In this document: piece after piece, positions 1 to 9,059 of the stretch
Layout: each line of letters starts with the position of its first letter
Position numbering within the stretch: the stretch's first letter is position 1
Origin: Candidatus Krumholzibacteriota bacterium
Lineage (GTDB): Bacteria; Krumholzibacteriota; Krumholzibacteriia; JAJRXK01
DNA length: 64,000 nucleotides
Assembly (NCBI GenBank): GCA_963727455.1
Contig: CAVSGG010000003.1
Span: 1-64,000, forward strand
Direction of reading: 5' to 3'
Made by a program: the position numbers and the translations under genes
The notes under the pieces: model-generated
Seen by the model: the letters and a program-made list of their open reading frames with translations, nothing else
Database searches by the model: none
Told to the model about the DNA's origin: nothing

Positions 1-166
1 ATCGTTTTGTTGTCATTGATGGAAGTCGCTGTTACCACATTGGCGCTTCCATTAAGGATGCTGGAAAACGTGGATTCATGATCAGTGAAATCGAGGACCA
101 TCCTATCTATAATTGTCGATTGCAGCGCAGGACCAAGCCTGGGCAGAGGCCGTGCCTCTCGATTGA
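1..166 (+). CDS. 3' end of a PLD-like (HDRF..GASxKD) nuclease-domain protein, truncated by window edge, probably frameshifted
   Basis: Frame from nt 3 reads RFVVIDGSRCYHIGASIKDAGKRGFMISEIED, matching the HDRFxxID-x-HxGASxKDxG motif; a plausible C-terminus QDQAWAEAVPLD* (TGA 164-166) lies in another frame. Confidence 0.55.
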
Positions 167-320
167 CTCTGTCCAGCAGCGTGCTGCGCTCGCAGATGCT
201 ACGCAAGTGGGGATTAGGGTTCATTCCCAGCAGCCTCAGTGATTGACCCAATTTGCCGGCCCTCTCGTACCATATTCTGGTTGTTCCAGTTAGGGCCATT
301 TATAGACTCATGGAACGCCA

Positions 321-3300
321 GTGGATTACAACCCTCTCTTCTCTGACGACTATCTTCGATCCCGTTGGGAGCCTGAAATCAGGGGGTTCCTTAAATCAGG
401 TGATGACGCCCACCTGCAGGATAGTCTCCGCAGATGGTACGGGCGATACCTCTCGAACCGAATTTCAACTTGAAACTCAGTTTGACCACATATTCTTCAG
501 ACAAATCTGGGCATACTGGGGGACCGGAGAGGACGCTGAAGAGCCCGGCTATTGCTTGAATCCCCAGCACGGTGTCGTCGGTGCTGGCCAGAGCGGTGGC
601 ACGGGAGCAGCGGATCTGGCCCTCGGCTGGTGGGGAAGAGAGGATGTCCCGTCGGTTCCTCAGGTCCTGTGTGAATTCAAAGACATCCGGTCAGGCCTCG
701 ATGCGCCCCAGAGCGGAAGGGAAACGATCGCTCACCGGTCAAGCAGTGCTTCGACTATCTCAAGTATGCGTTTGATTCAACGGATAGCCATTCGACGCTC
801 TCCCCGAATTGGGGCATCGTCACCGATATGAATGAATTCCGCCTTTACGCGCGGCGGGTCGGTGACTCCAACTATCAGAGGTTCCTTATCAGGTCGGCGA
901 GTGAGAATGAGACTTCACTCATAGATGAGGGTGACGGTCCCGCCTTTCAACGTTTCCTGTTCAAAAAGCTCTTCCACCGCTCCATGTTGCTGGCCGAGTT
1001 CGGCAAGAGTGGCCTTGAGAAGGTCCTTGAAGATCAATGGGTCCAGGAAAAGGAACTCGAAAAGGGGTTCTACAAAGAATATCAGGCCTATCGAGAGTCC
1101 GTTTATCAGGCGATCATCGAGGCAAACCCCAATTTCCACGGGACGCGCGGAACCCTCGTTCGGCTTACGCAGCGTTTTCTTGACCGCTGTATCTTCATCC
1201 TCTTTTGCGAGGATATGGGAAGGGGGCTTGAATTCCCGAACGACCTCCTGCGCGATATGCTTGCTCGGGCCAGCACGAGCCCAGACTATTCGCCGGAGTT
1301 CACTAGCATCTGGGAGATGGTGAAGCAGCTATTCCGCACGATGCGGGATGGAGGACCATTTCCGCCTAGCCACACTATCAACAGATTTAACGGCGGCCTT
1401 TTCGAAGAATCGCCAGAATTGGAGTCCCTCTCCATTCCAAATCACGTCTTTTGTGCCAAGGGTCAAGGAGAAAGCGCCGATAGCCTTGCCTCTCACAAAG
1501 ATACCCTCCTGTACCTGTCGGCACATTACAACTTCGGTCCCATGGCTCGGAGAGCGCACAATTACGCTCTATGCTTTCGGTCGTATCTTCGAGCAGTCCA
1601 TTACGGATCTCGAATACATGGAAGCTGAAGCTGAGAACAAGCATACGCTAGCCACAGTCAATCGGCGTAAGCGCAATGGGGTGTATCACCCCCCGGAGTG
1701 GGTTACTGATTACATAGTGAAGGAAGCGGTCGGTGCTCGGCTGGCTGACATTCGTGCCGACTTAGGACTAGAGCTAGGAGTCGAGCTACCAGAATCGGAC
1801 CTGGCTGACTATCGTCACTTCTTCATATCCAAGCGTAGAAAGCGCCGTCCCGACAACAAGGCATCACGAATGGCCCGGGCGCTAGACCAGTATGAGGAAA
1901 CGCTAGACAACCTGAGGATCCTCGACCCCGCCTGCGGTTCAGGGGCCTTTCTGATCCAAGCCCTCCAATTCCTCCTCAAGGAACGCCGTATTATCGCGGC
2001 TGAGCGCGAACGTATTACGGGAGCACCTGACCTCTTTGACGACGATGCTATTATGCGGGGGATTCTCTCAAACAATCTCTACGGTGTTGACATTAACCCC
2101 GAGTAAGTCGAAATCACCCAGCTCGCTCTCTGGCTCAACACTGCCCTGCCCGGCAAACCTCTCAGTAACCTGGACGCCCATATTCGCTGCGGCAACAGCT
2201 TGGTCGGTCCGGATTTTGAGGCTTTCTACAATCGCAAGCATCCAGACACTCTGTTCGCGGGGTTGGATGACCAGACCCGTGAGACCGTAAACGTTTTCGA
2301 TTGGGAGCAAGCATTCCCAGAGGTTCTTGGCTCCAATATCCCGGAGTCCGAACGAGGCTTTGACTGCGTGATCGGCAATCCGCCATATGTCAAGTTACAG
2401 AACTTCCGAAAAGTAAGGCAGGATGAAAGCGACTACTACATTGAAGCGACAAGTCCGATGGGACACCTCTTTATGAGAGCACACAGACAGGCAATTTTGA
2501 CCTGTATCTTCCGTTTATTGAAAAGGGCATCTCCCTGCTCAACCCACACGGGCGCATGGGATACATTGCTCCGAGCCTCTGGCTGAAGAATGAATACGGG
2601 CTCGGACTTACGCCGGAAGCTAAAGCGACTCCGAAAATTGGACCGCTGGATTGACTTCAAGAGTTTTCAGGTGTTCGTAGAGGCAACGACCTATACGGCT
2701 CTACAATTTTTTGGCAACCAGTCAAATGATGCTGTTCGCTTCTATCTCGCGCCCGATGGGGATATCGCCGCTGTAGACTGGCAAGGCACGACTGAATCAA
2801 TCAGATACGAAGAACTCCCTGAGACTGCTGCATGGAATCTGTACCGAAAGAGTGACCGCACATTGCTGCAGCATCTTTCCGAGGATTGTACCAATCTTGG
2901 GCACTTTGCTGACGCAATTACTGTCGGTATCCAGACCAGCGCTGATCAGATCTATCATCTTCGCCGGATTGCACCCGGTCGCTATCGCCAACAGGGGCAC
3001 AAGGGTGATGCCATCGTATATGAGATTGAAGACGCGATCATGCATCCACTGGTTTCTGGTTCTGATGCTAAGCGGTACCAGCGCCCAGCCACGGATACGT
3101 ACATTTTGTTCCCTTACGTTTCAACGAATGGTAAATTCCACCTGCTGTCACAACAAGAGCTGGCGGACCAATACCCAAAAGCTTGGAGCTATTTGAAGCG
3201 TTTTGAGTCCGAACTCCGAGCCCGTGAGCGGAACAAATTTGATGACGACCGCTGGTACCGCTTTGGTCGCAACCAGAACATCGACAAGCAGGAATTTGCG

Positions 3301-4191
3301 AAGCTAGGTGTCGCCGAAACGGTTCGTGGCATGAACGTGTTTGCAGACCCGGAGGGTGAATACTACTTCAACAATGTTCGGGTAAACGGAATTTTACCTG
3401 CCTCAGAGGAGGATCTGTACTTTCTGCTCGGAATTCTTAACTCCCCCGTGGTTGATTTTATCTTCAAGCGTATTGCAAAGCCCAAAGGCGGGGGCTATTT
3501 CGAGGCCAACAAGCAGTACATATCCCCCCTCCCCATTCCGGCGGCCACAGTTGACGAAAGGGTCGATATAGGTGCGCAGGCAAATCGTCTCGAGACTCTC
3601 TATACATCACGCCGGGATAAAATCGTCCTCCTTCAAGACCGCTTGAATGCTGATCAATGCTTGGACAGCGAGCACTCAGAAGATTGGCTCTGGGCTGAAG
3701 TTAAGACAGTGGCAGCTTGGAAGGCTGAGGCCCCTGTGGCACTTTCCGCTCGCGAGAAGACCTCTTGGGCAAAGGAGCGACGAGGATCTTACATCGCAGC
3801 CCGTACTGAAAGACTTGAGGCAATTATGACTCCAGGCACCGCACTAATGGTCGAGGAGCGCGACGGACATGTTCGCCTACTCGCCTCGGGCGTATCCCTC
3901 GCCTCCATTGTTGTCAACGAGGCAGAGGCACCCTTCATCGCAGCGCAGTGGCGACAGATCGCCCGCGCAACACATATCACTGAGAAGTTTGCGGCCAAAT
4001 CTCTCGTGAACAAGCTCCTTTCCCTTCGGCAGACAGACAATATGGCACTGCAAGATCAGGTCGTCCGTCTTGACTCAGAGATTGTTGAGCTCGATTCCAA
4101 GATCGCTGGAGCGGAAACGGCCATGAATGCCCTCATCTACAGGCTCTATGGCCTGACCGCCGATGAGATACGCCTCATTGAAGCAGACTAA
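321..4191 (+). pseudogene. Type IIG (Eco57I-like) fused restriction endonuclease / N6-adenine methyltransferase / TRD, disrupted
   Basis: Joined frames give MDYNPLFSDDYLRSRW..., nuclease motif ADLALG..LCEFKD, GRIFEQSI, motif I ILDPACGSGAFL, motif IV VIGNPPY and a TaqI-C-like TRD (LGILNS..YISPLPIP). About 5 frameshifts (~445, ~712, ~1540, ~2455, ~2600) and an in-frame TAA at 2104-2106. Confidence 0.85.
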
Positions 4192-4240
4192 CCGCGCTGA
4201 ATCTGGGGTCCTTCCAAAAATTTTGCTAGTCTCGTGGTGT

Positions 4241-4765
4241 CTACTCCCCAATACGCTTCATTATCCCATCGGCAATCTGGCCAGCTGCCTCGGCAAGGTT
4301 CTTTCTCATCGTACGATCTGCAATAGAACCGCGCATTCCCCCCCAGCCGTTTTGCCAAGTAAGGCCGGCAATAACGTCGGAAGTGTGGGTACTGGTAAGT
4401 CGTACGCTCGCGCTTTCCGGCGAGCCATCAGAAGCCATTACTGCTTTTACAACCAGAAGAGCATCTGCACCCGCTTCACTAAGCGCTTCGTAGCTTGTTG
4501 GGCTTGCGACTTGCAGATCTGTTAGCCCAGCACGCCCAATGATGCCTTGAGTTTGATCCGCATCGAGCACTGTCAGCCCATCATTAAAGAGCTCTACGCC
4601 AACGGCATCTGCAAAGGGACCTCCGCCGGGCGAGATAGCTATCGCGGTCACCGGCGGGCCTGAGTAGTCGGTCCGAATTGTTTCAGAGAGTTTCGATCCG
4701 GAACACCCCGATACCGCTAAACCTACTATGCACACGGTAGTTAACAGTCTCATTCTATCTCTCAC
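4241..4765 (-). CDS. Hypothetical lipoprotein
   Basis: 174-aa ORF, GGAGG upstream, signal peptide with lipobox AVSG-C. Confidence 0.75.
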   Translation of the reverse strand: MRDRMRLLTTVCIVGLAVSGCSGSKLSETIRTDYSGPPVTAIAISPGGGPFADAVGVELFNDGLTVLDADQTQGIIGRAGLTDLQVASPTSYEALSEAGADALLVVKAVMASDGSPESASVRLTSTHTSDVIAGLTWQNGWGGMRGSIADRTMRKNLAEAAGQIADGIMKRIGE

Positions 4766-5030
4766 TGGATTCCTCCAATCGCTTTCGGCCCACTCATCGG
4801 TTATTTCATTATTTAGTGATCGCCTAACGAAATTCTACTGAGTCTCTCATGAGGCGTAGAGTGCTTCATTTGGACCCAAATGGCTATGGTGTATTGATCA
4901 GAGGCATTCGACAACCCAGGTGATATTTCAGGCGCTTTGTATCCTCTGTCTCCCCATCGCGTCCCTCCTCCCTACGAAACATGAGTCTAGCTCCGGGCCG
5001 GTTCGCGACAGGAAGTCAACGCATCCCATA

Positions 5031-5490
5031 TCACCTGGTTCCCAAGACGCGTATGACCTTCTCGCACCTGTACTGCTCCAATAGGTCCCAGTTCTTCGCT
5101 GAGATGTTGATACCCCACTCTGGAGCACTCTTCTTTCCCTCGTATTTACGGTCCCGAAGAAGATCATTAGGCTTTAGCCACTCTAGCGATGGGATAAGGA
5201 AGAGATTGGGCTCTTTGCCGTTCTTGAAGACCACTACCGCCGCAAACAGATTTGGACGCAGCTCGAAGCTGGACTTCGGAAGGAAGATGTATCCGGATTC
5301 TCTGATCGATTTGACCTGGAATTCGAAATAGTTCCCACCGCTCGCGCGAGCTACAAAATCTATCTCCCCTATCGTCAACATCAACAGTGTAGATGTCGAT
5401 GCCATACAGGGTGAGTTCCATTTTGGCGAAGTACTCTGCGTATTTCCCGACACGAAGGTGATTGAGCCGTGACCAATCGTACTTTTCCAT
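5031..5490 (-). pseudogene. DUF4365-like PD-(D/E)xK nuclease, one frameshift near 5365
   Basis: N-part MEKYDW..VGKYAEYFAKMELTLYGIDIYTVDVDDRG (ORF 5167..5490) continues as IDFVAR..YFEFQVKS.. (ORF 5031..5453), giving the DDRGID...QVK signature. Confidence 0.7.
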
Positions 5491-5717
5491 CTGCCACCCT
5501 TGGCTAGCGTCTATTTCGTCTCTAGTGCCAAACTAGAGCATACATCTGCAATCGCCGGGCGAATACTGCGGCGGGGCCGGACGAAAACTGCGGTACCGAG
5601 CCCTTTGGATTCCCAGTTTGGGCGCGCCTGAATTGTCGGGTCTACAGCTTTCGCGTAACTCACGTCATAGCAACAATATCACTTTGGCGTGGTTATAAAG
5701 GAGCCAAAGCGCTGCGG

Positions 5718-6278
5718 TTAGCGAAGTGTCAGTAGATCTGCGGTGCTAGTGATGAAATCGAATCCAAAGTACGGTATTAGTTCAGGGGACTCGACCGCAT
5801 ACATGGTTCCGTCCACCAAGACGGAATCAAAAACTGCGGCCAAGCCGAGCCTGGCAGAGTTGGTCATCGTTTGGTTTAAGGTCAATTTCCACGCGATGCT
5901 CACCTCCCTTCCCTCCTCAAAAGCTATTGGCGCAGCCAGCAATCCAAACGCTCCAGCGATTGGAGAGTATGCGGTACCAATAGGGTCACTCCCACCACCG
6001 TTGTAGCCGGATATCAACCAGAATCCCACGCCCGTGTTGTTCGGGCGTACTGTTACCGTGACAATAATCGTATCCGTCGTCGTGTAGTAGTTTGGGGCGG
6101 CAATGATTATGATCCCCGTTGCGGGGTCAAACATGTCATACCAGCTGTCACCTCCTCCAGGGGGCTCATTGGGGCTGTCGTTGCAGCTGGTGAACGAGAA
6201 CGCGAACACGAATGCGAGTGCGACGGTAATTAGGGAGGTAGATCGAGTCCGAAGGCATTGGTGCTTAGACATAGTCAC
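5718..6278 (-). CDS. Hypothetical lipoprotein
   Basis: 186-aa ORF with hydrophobic signal and FTS-C lipobox, followed by a Pro/Gly linker and a beta-rich domain. Confidence 0.65.
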   Translation of the reverse strand: MTMSKHQCLRTRSTSLITVALAFVFAFSFTSCNDSPNEPPGGGDSWYDMFDPATGIIIIAAPNYYTTTDTIIVTVTVRPNNTGVGFWLISGYNGGGSDPIGTAYSPIAGAFGLLAAPIAFEEGREVSIAWKLTLNQTMTNSARLGLAAVFDSVLVDGTMYAVESPELIPYFGFDFITSTADLLTLR

Positions 6279-6801
6279 CCCTTGTGGTCAGGTTAGGAAT
6301 TCGTCATTGCTGGCTGCCCTTCATGGACCACCAGGCCACCCGACCCGCCTGAATCAATCTGCCCCTGAGCCCTCCTTCGTTCGCGCGTCGATCATGGCCT
6401 GCTCACGCGGCATCACATTGCCCAGTGCAAGGACGCCGGGAACTACCTCCCGTTACAGGAGTTTGCTATGCTCTGCTCCCGGGAACGATGCTCTCCCAGG
6501 TGAGTGTACGCCAGGTACATCAGCCTTCACAATAGGCCCATTTCCCCGAGCCTTGGGATACCAGTGTGCGTTAAGTTTTTCAGCCCCCAATGCAGAGAAT
6601 CAGAGACGGTGAGACGCCGCTACGCGAATTTCGTAACATTTCACGAACGACCCCTTTCGTGACTCTCAGCAAAACAGAGACGCCGTGCTGCGCAAGCCTT
6701 CGAAACGTGCCCGAATGTGGCAAACGAAAGGCCCACCTGCGGTGAGCGAGGAGGGCCTCCGTTAAGAAAACGAGGCCACCAGATTAGGCGGCCTCGATAA
6801 G

Positions 6802-6876
6802 TGGCTCCCCGGGTAGGACTCGAACCTACAACCCTGCGGTTAACAGCCGCATGCTCTACCATTGAGCTACCGAGGA
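6802..6876 (-). tRNA. tRNA-Asn(GTT)
   Basis: TCCTCGGTAGCTCAATGGTAGAGCATGCGGCTGTTAACCGCAGGGTTGTAGGTTCGAGTCCTACCCGGGGAGCCA: cloverleaf, GTT anticodon, encoded CCA. Confidence 0.97.
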
Positions 6877-6923
6877 GCAAACTGTGGCCAGGCGCTGCAA
6901 AACCCGCGCCCGACGGGCCTATA

Positions 6924-6952
6924 CATATAGGTATCCCACGGAATCGTGTCAA
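6924..6952 (-). promoter_or_regulatory. sigma70-type promoter of tRNA-Asn
   Basis: TTGACA-17 bp-TATATG on the minus strand. Confidence 0.65.
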
Positions 6953-7109
6953 GCCAGGCTGCCCGCGGCGGCCTAAATCCTTCCCCCCGAGGCCCTTGGC
7001 GCCATTGGGCCGCTCCATATTTGCCGCCGGCTGCTACTGCTATGGTCCCGACCCCGCCTTGTGCGCTACCCTCCCAGGGTCACAGCGCCCTGCCTATAGG
7101 AGGAATCAC

Positions 7110-7640
7110 ATGAGAAAATCGCTCGCCGTCCTCAACTCGCTGATCCTGGTTCTCGCAGTGGCGACCGCCAGCCTCGCGGCCGAACCAGCCAAGGAACAGA
7201 TCGAAAAGCAGAACATGGAGATCGTCCGACAAGCGCACGCCAGTCTGGCCGCTGGCGATTTCGATACATTTGAATCACTGATAGGGCCGAACTACGTGAG
7301 ACATTGCCAAGCGATGCCACCTGGCCAGCAAGAACTCCACGGCACCAAGGAATTTTTCGGCTTTCTGCATGAGTGGATGAAGGCGGTTCCTCATTATACC
7401 GACACCCTCAGCAAGATGATCGCGGACGGGGATAAGGTGGCTTATATCAGCACGATGAAGGGAACGCAGACCGGTCCGCTGGGAGATCTTCCGGCCACAG
7501 GCAAACCCTTTACGGTGGTGAACATCATCATGCAACGGCTCGAAAATGGAAAAATCGTCGAGACCTGGGTCAGCTGGGATAATGTCGCTTTCTTGAGGCA
7601 GGTAGGACTGCTTCCTGAGCCACCTGCTGATTCGAAGTAG
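7110..7640 (+). CDS. Exported SnoaL-like / ester cyclase (NTF2-like) protein
   Basis: AGGAGG RBS, signal peptide, IADGDKVA..GTQTGPLGDLPATGK..RLENGKIVETW..D pattern. Confidence 0.85.
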   Translation: MRKSLAVLNSLILVLAVATASLAAEPAKEQIEKQNMEIVRQAHASLAAGDFDTFESLIGPNYVRHCQAMPPGQQELHGTKEFFGFLHEWMKAVPHYTDTLSKMIADGDKVAYISTMKGTQTGPLGDLPATGKPFTVVNIIMQRLENGKIVETWVSWDNVAFLRQVGLLPEPPADSK

Positions 7641-7651
7641 GTCCATTCGAA

Positions 7652-8914
7652 TTGGCGTTGCGCCCTCGTCCCGTCGGCCCCGGCATCCTCCTCGCCGCCA
7701 CCGCGATCGGCGGAAGCCACCTCGTGCTCTGCACCACCGCCGGTGCGAGCTTCGGTTACCGCCTCCTGTGGCTGATCGTTCTCGCCCACCTCCTGAAGTA
7801 CCACGCCTTCGAGTTCGGTCCACGCCTCGCCGTCGTCACAGGGCACAGTCTGCTCTCGGCCTACCGCCGTCTGCCCGGCCCGCGCGACTGGGCGCTGTGG
7901 GTCGGCCTCATTGACATGGTGCTCGAGAGCGTCGGCGTCTTGGCCGCAGTCGCGGGGCTCACCGGATCCATCCTGCAGGCGGCCTTCGGCGGCTTTGGTC
8001 TGGGGGGATGGACCGCGCTCGTCATCGGCTTCACCTTCCTCCTGCTTCTGACCGGACGCTATCCGCTGCTACGCAATCTCAACTTGGGGATGATGGTTGC
8101 GCTCGCGTTGGGAACCACGGTGGCGTTCTTCGCAGCACCGCCTCCGGTCGGCGCGTTCGTGCGCGGGTTGATTCCCTCGCTACCGCGCGGGAGTCTGCTG
8201 TTGGTCGCATCGATCCTGGGCTTTCTGCCCACCGCGATCGGCGTCTCGATATGGCAGTCCCTGTGGACCCTGGAAGATCCGCGCTTCAACGGACGCTCTC
8301 CGGACGAATCCCGCTCCCCGCGCGAGCGACTGCGCGCGGTGCTCGTCGACCTACGCGTCGGCTATCTCCTGTCGGCCGTGCTCGCGGTGTTCTTCCTGGG
8401 ACTGGGTGCCGCGGTGCTGCATCCGCGCGGATTGGTGCCGGGACAGTTCGACCTCGCCGCCACTCTCGCGCGCCTCTACACCGAACTCTTCGGCGCCTGG
8501 ATGCGCCCGCTCTTCTATGCGGTGGCCTTCTTCACCACCTTCTCCACCACCTACGCGATCATGGACGGCATGCCGCGCACTTTGGTGGCGACGGTGCGGC
8601 ATTTGCGAAACGACCGCGATCCCGAACGCCCCGACCGCAGCCGCCTCTACTGGAGCTATCTCGTCGCGATGACCGTCCTTTCGGTCGGCATCGTTCGCGC
8701 CGTACCCGACCCCGTCCTTCTGCTCACCCTGCTCGGTGCCATCACCTTCGTCTTCAGCCCCCTCTACTACCTGCTGAATACCTGGGCCGTCACCCACCTC
8801 ATCGACGATGTGGCGCTGCGCCCCTCGCGCGCCGCCCTCGGCCTCGCCCGCCTCGGCATCGCATTCTTGGTCGTGGTCGCGGGACTCTTGATCTACGCGC
8901 AGTTGCTTCGATAG
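7652..8914 (+). CDS. Nramp/MntH-like divalent metal transporter family protein
   Basis: GPGILLAATAIGGSHLV...GASFGYRLLW motif, about 11 TM helices. Confidence 0.8.
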   Translation: MALRPRPVGPGILLAATAIGGSHLVLCTTAGASFGYRLLWLIVLAHLLKYHAFEFGPRLAVVTGHSLLSAYRRLPGPRDWALWVGLIDMVLESVGVLAAVAGLTGSILQAAFGGFGLGGWTALVIGFTFLLLLTGRYPLLRNLNLGMMVALALGTTVAFFAAPPPVGAFVRGLIPSLPRGSLLLVASILGFLPTAIGVSIWQSLWTLEDPRFNGRSPDESRSPRERLRAVLVDLRVGYLLSAVLAVFFLGLGAAVLHPRGLVPGQFDLAATLARLYTELFGAWMRPLFYAVAFFTTFSTTYAIMDGMPRTLVATVRHLRNDRDPERPDRSRLYWSYLVAMTVLSVGIVRAVPDPVLLLTLLGAITFVFSPLYYLLNTWAVTHLIDDVALRPSRAALGLARLGIAFLVVVAGLLIYAQLLR

Positions 8915-9059
8915 CCACAAATAAAGCGCAAACATACCTGGTCAAAACCTTGAGTTTTGGCCAGAATTCTAGCGTTTTTTGCGATTTCTCCCTTGCGCCC
9001 TCTTCGAGAATAGATACATTTGTTTGTATCATACCTCGCCTCCCAGCGGGACGAATCCA

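Larger units (their letters stand above)
1..6800. mobile_element. Genomic (defence) island remnant abutting the 3' end of tRNA-Asn
   Basis: Visibly lower GC than the rest of the window; RM and nuclease genes plus orphan lipoproteins; lies directly downstream of the minus-strand tRNA-Asn. No integrase or second att site seen in the window. Confidence 0.6.

Noticed and set aside
321-2620. Programmed frameshifting or phase variation of the RM gene
   Set aside because: Too many lesions, no long homopolymer or SSR tracts at the sites, and a nonsense codon as well.
6290-6800. Integrase or other gene next to tRNA-Asn
   Set aside because: No recombinase motifs in any listed frame; ORFs 6103..6612 and 6641..7018 look spurious.
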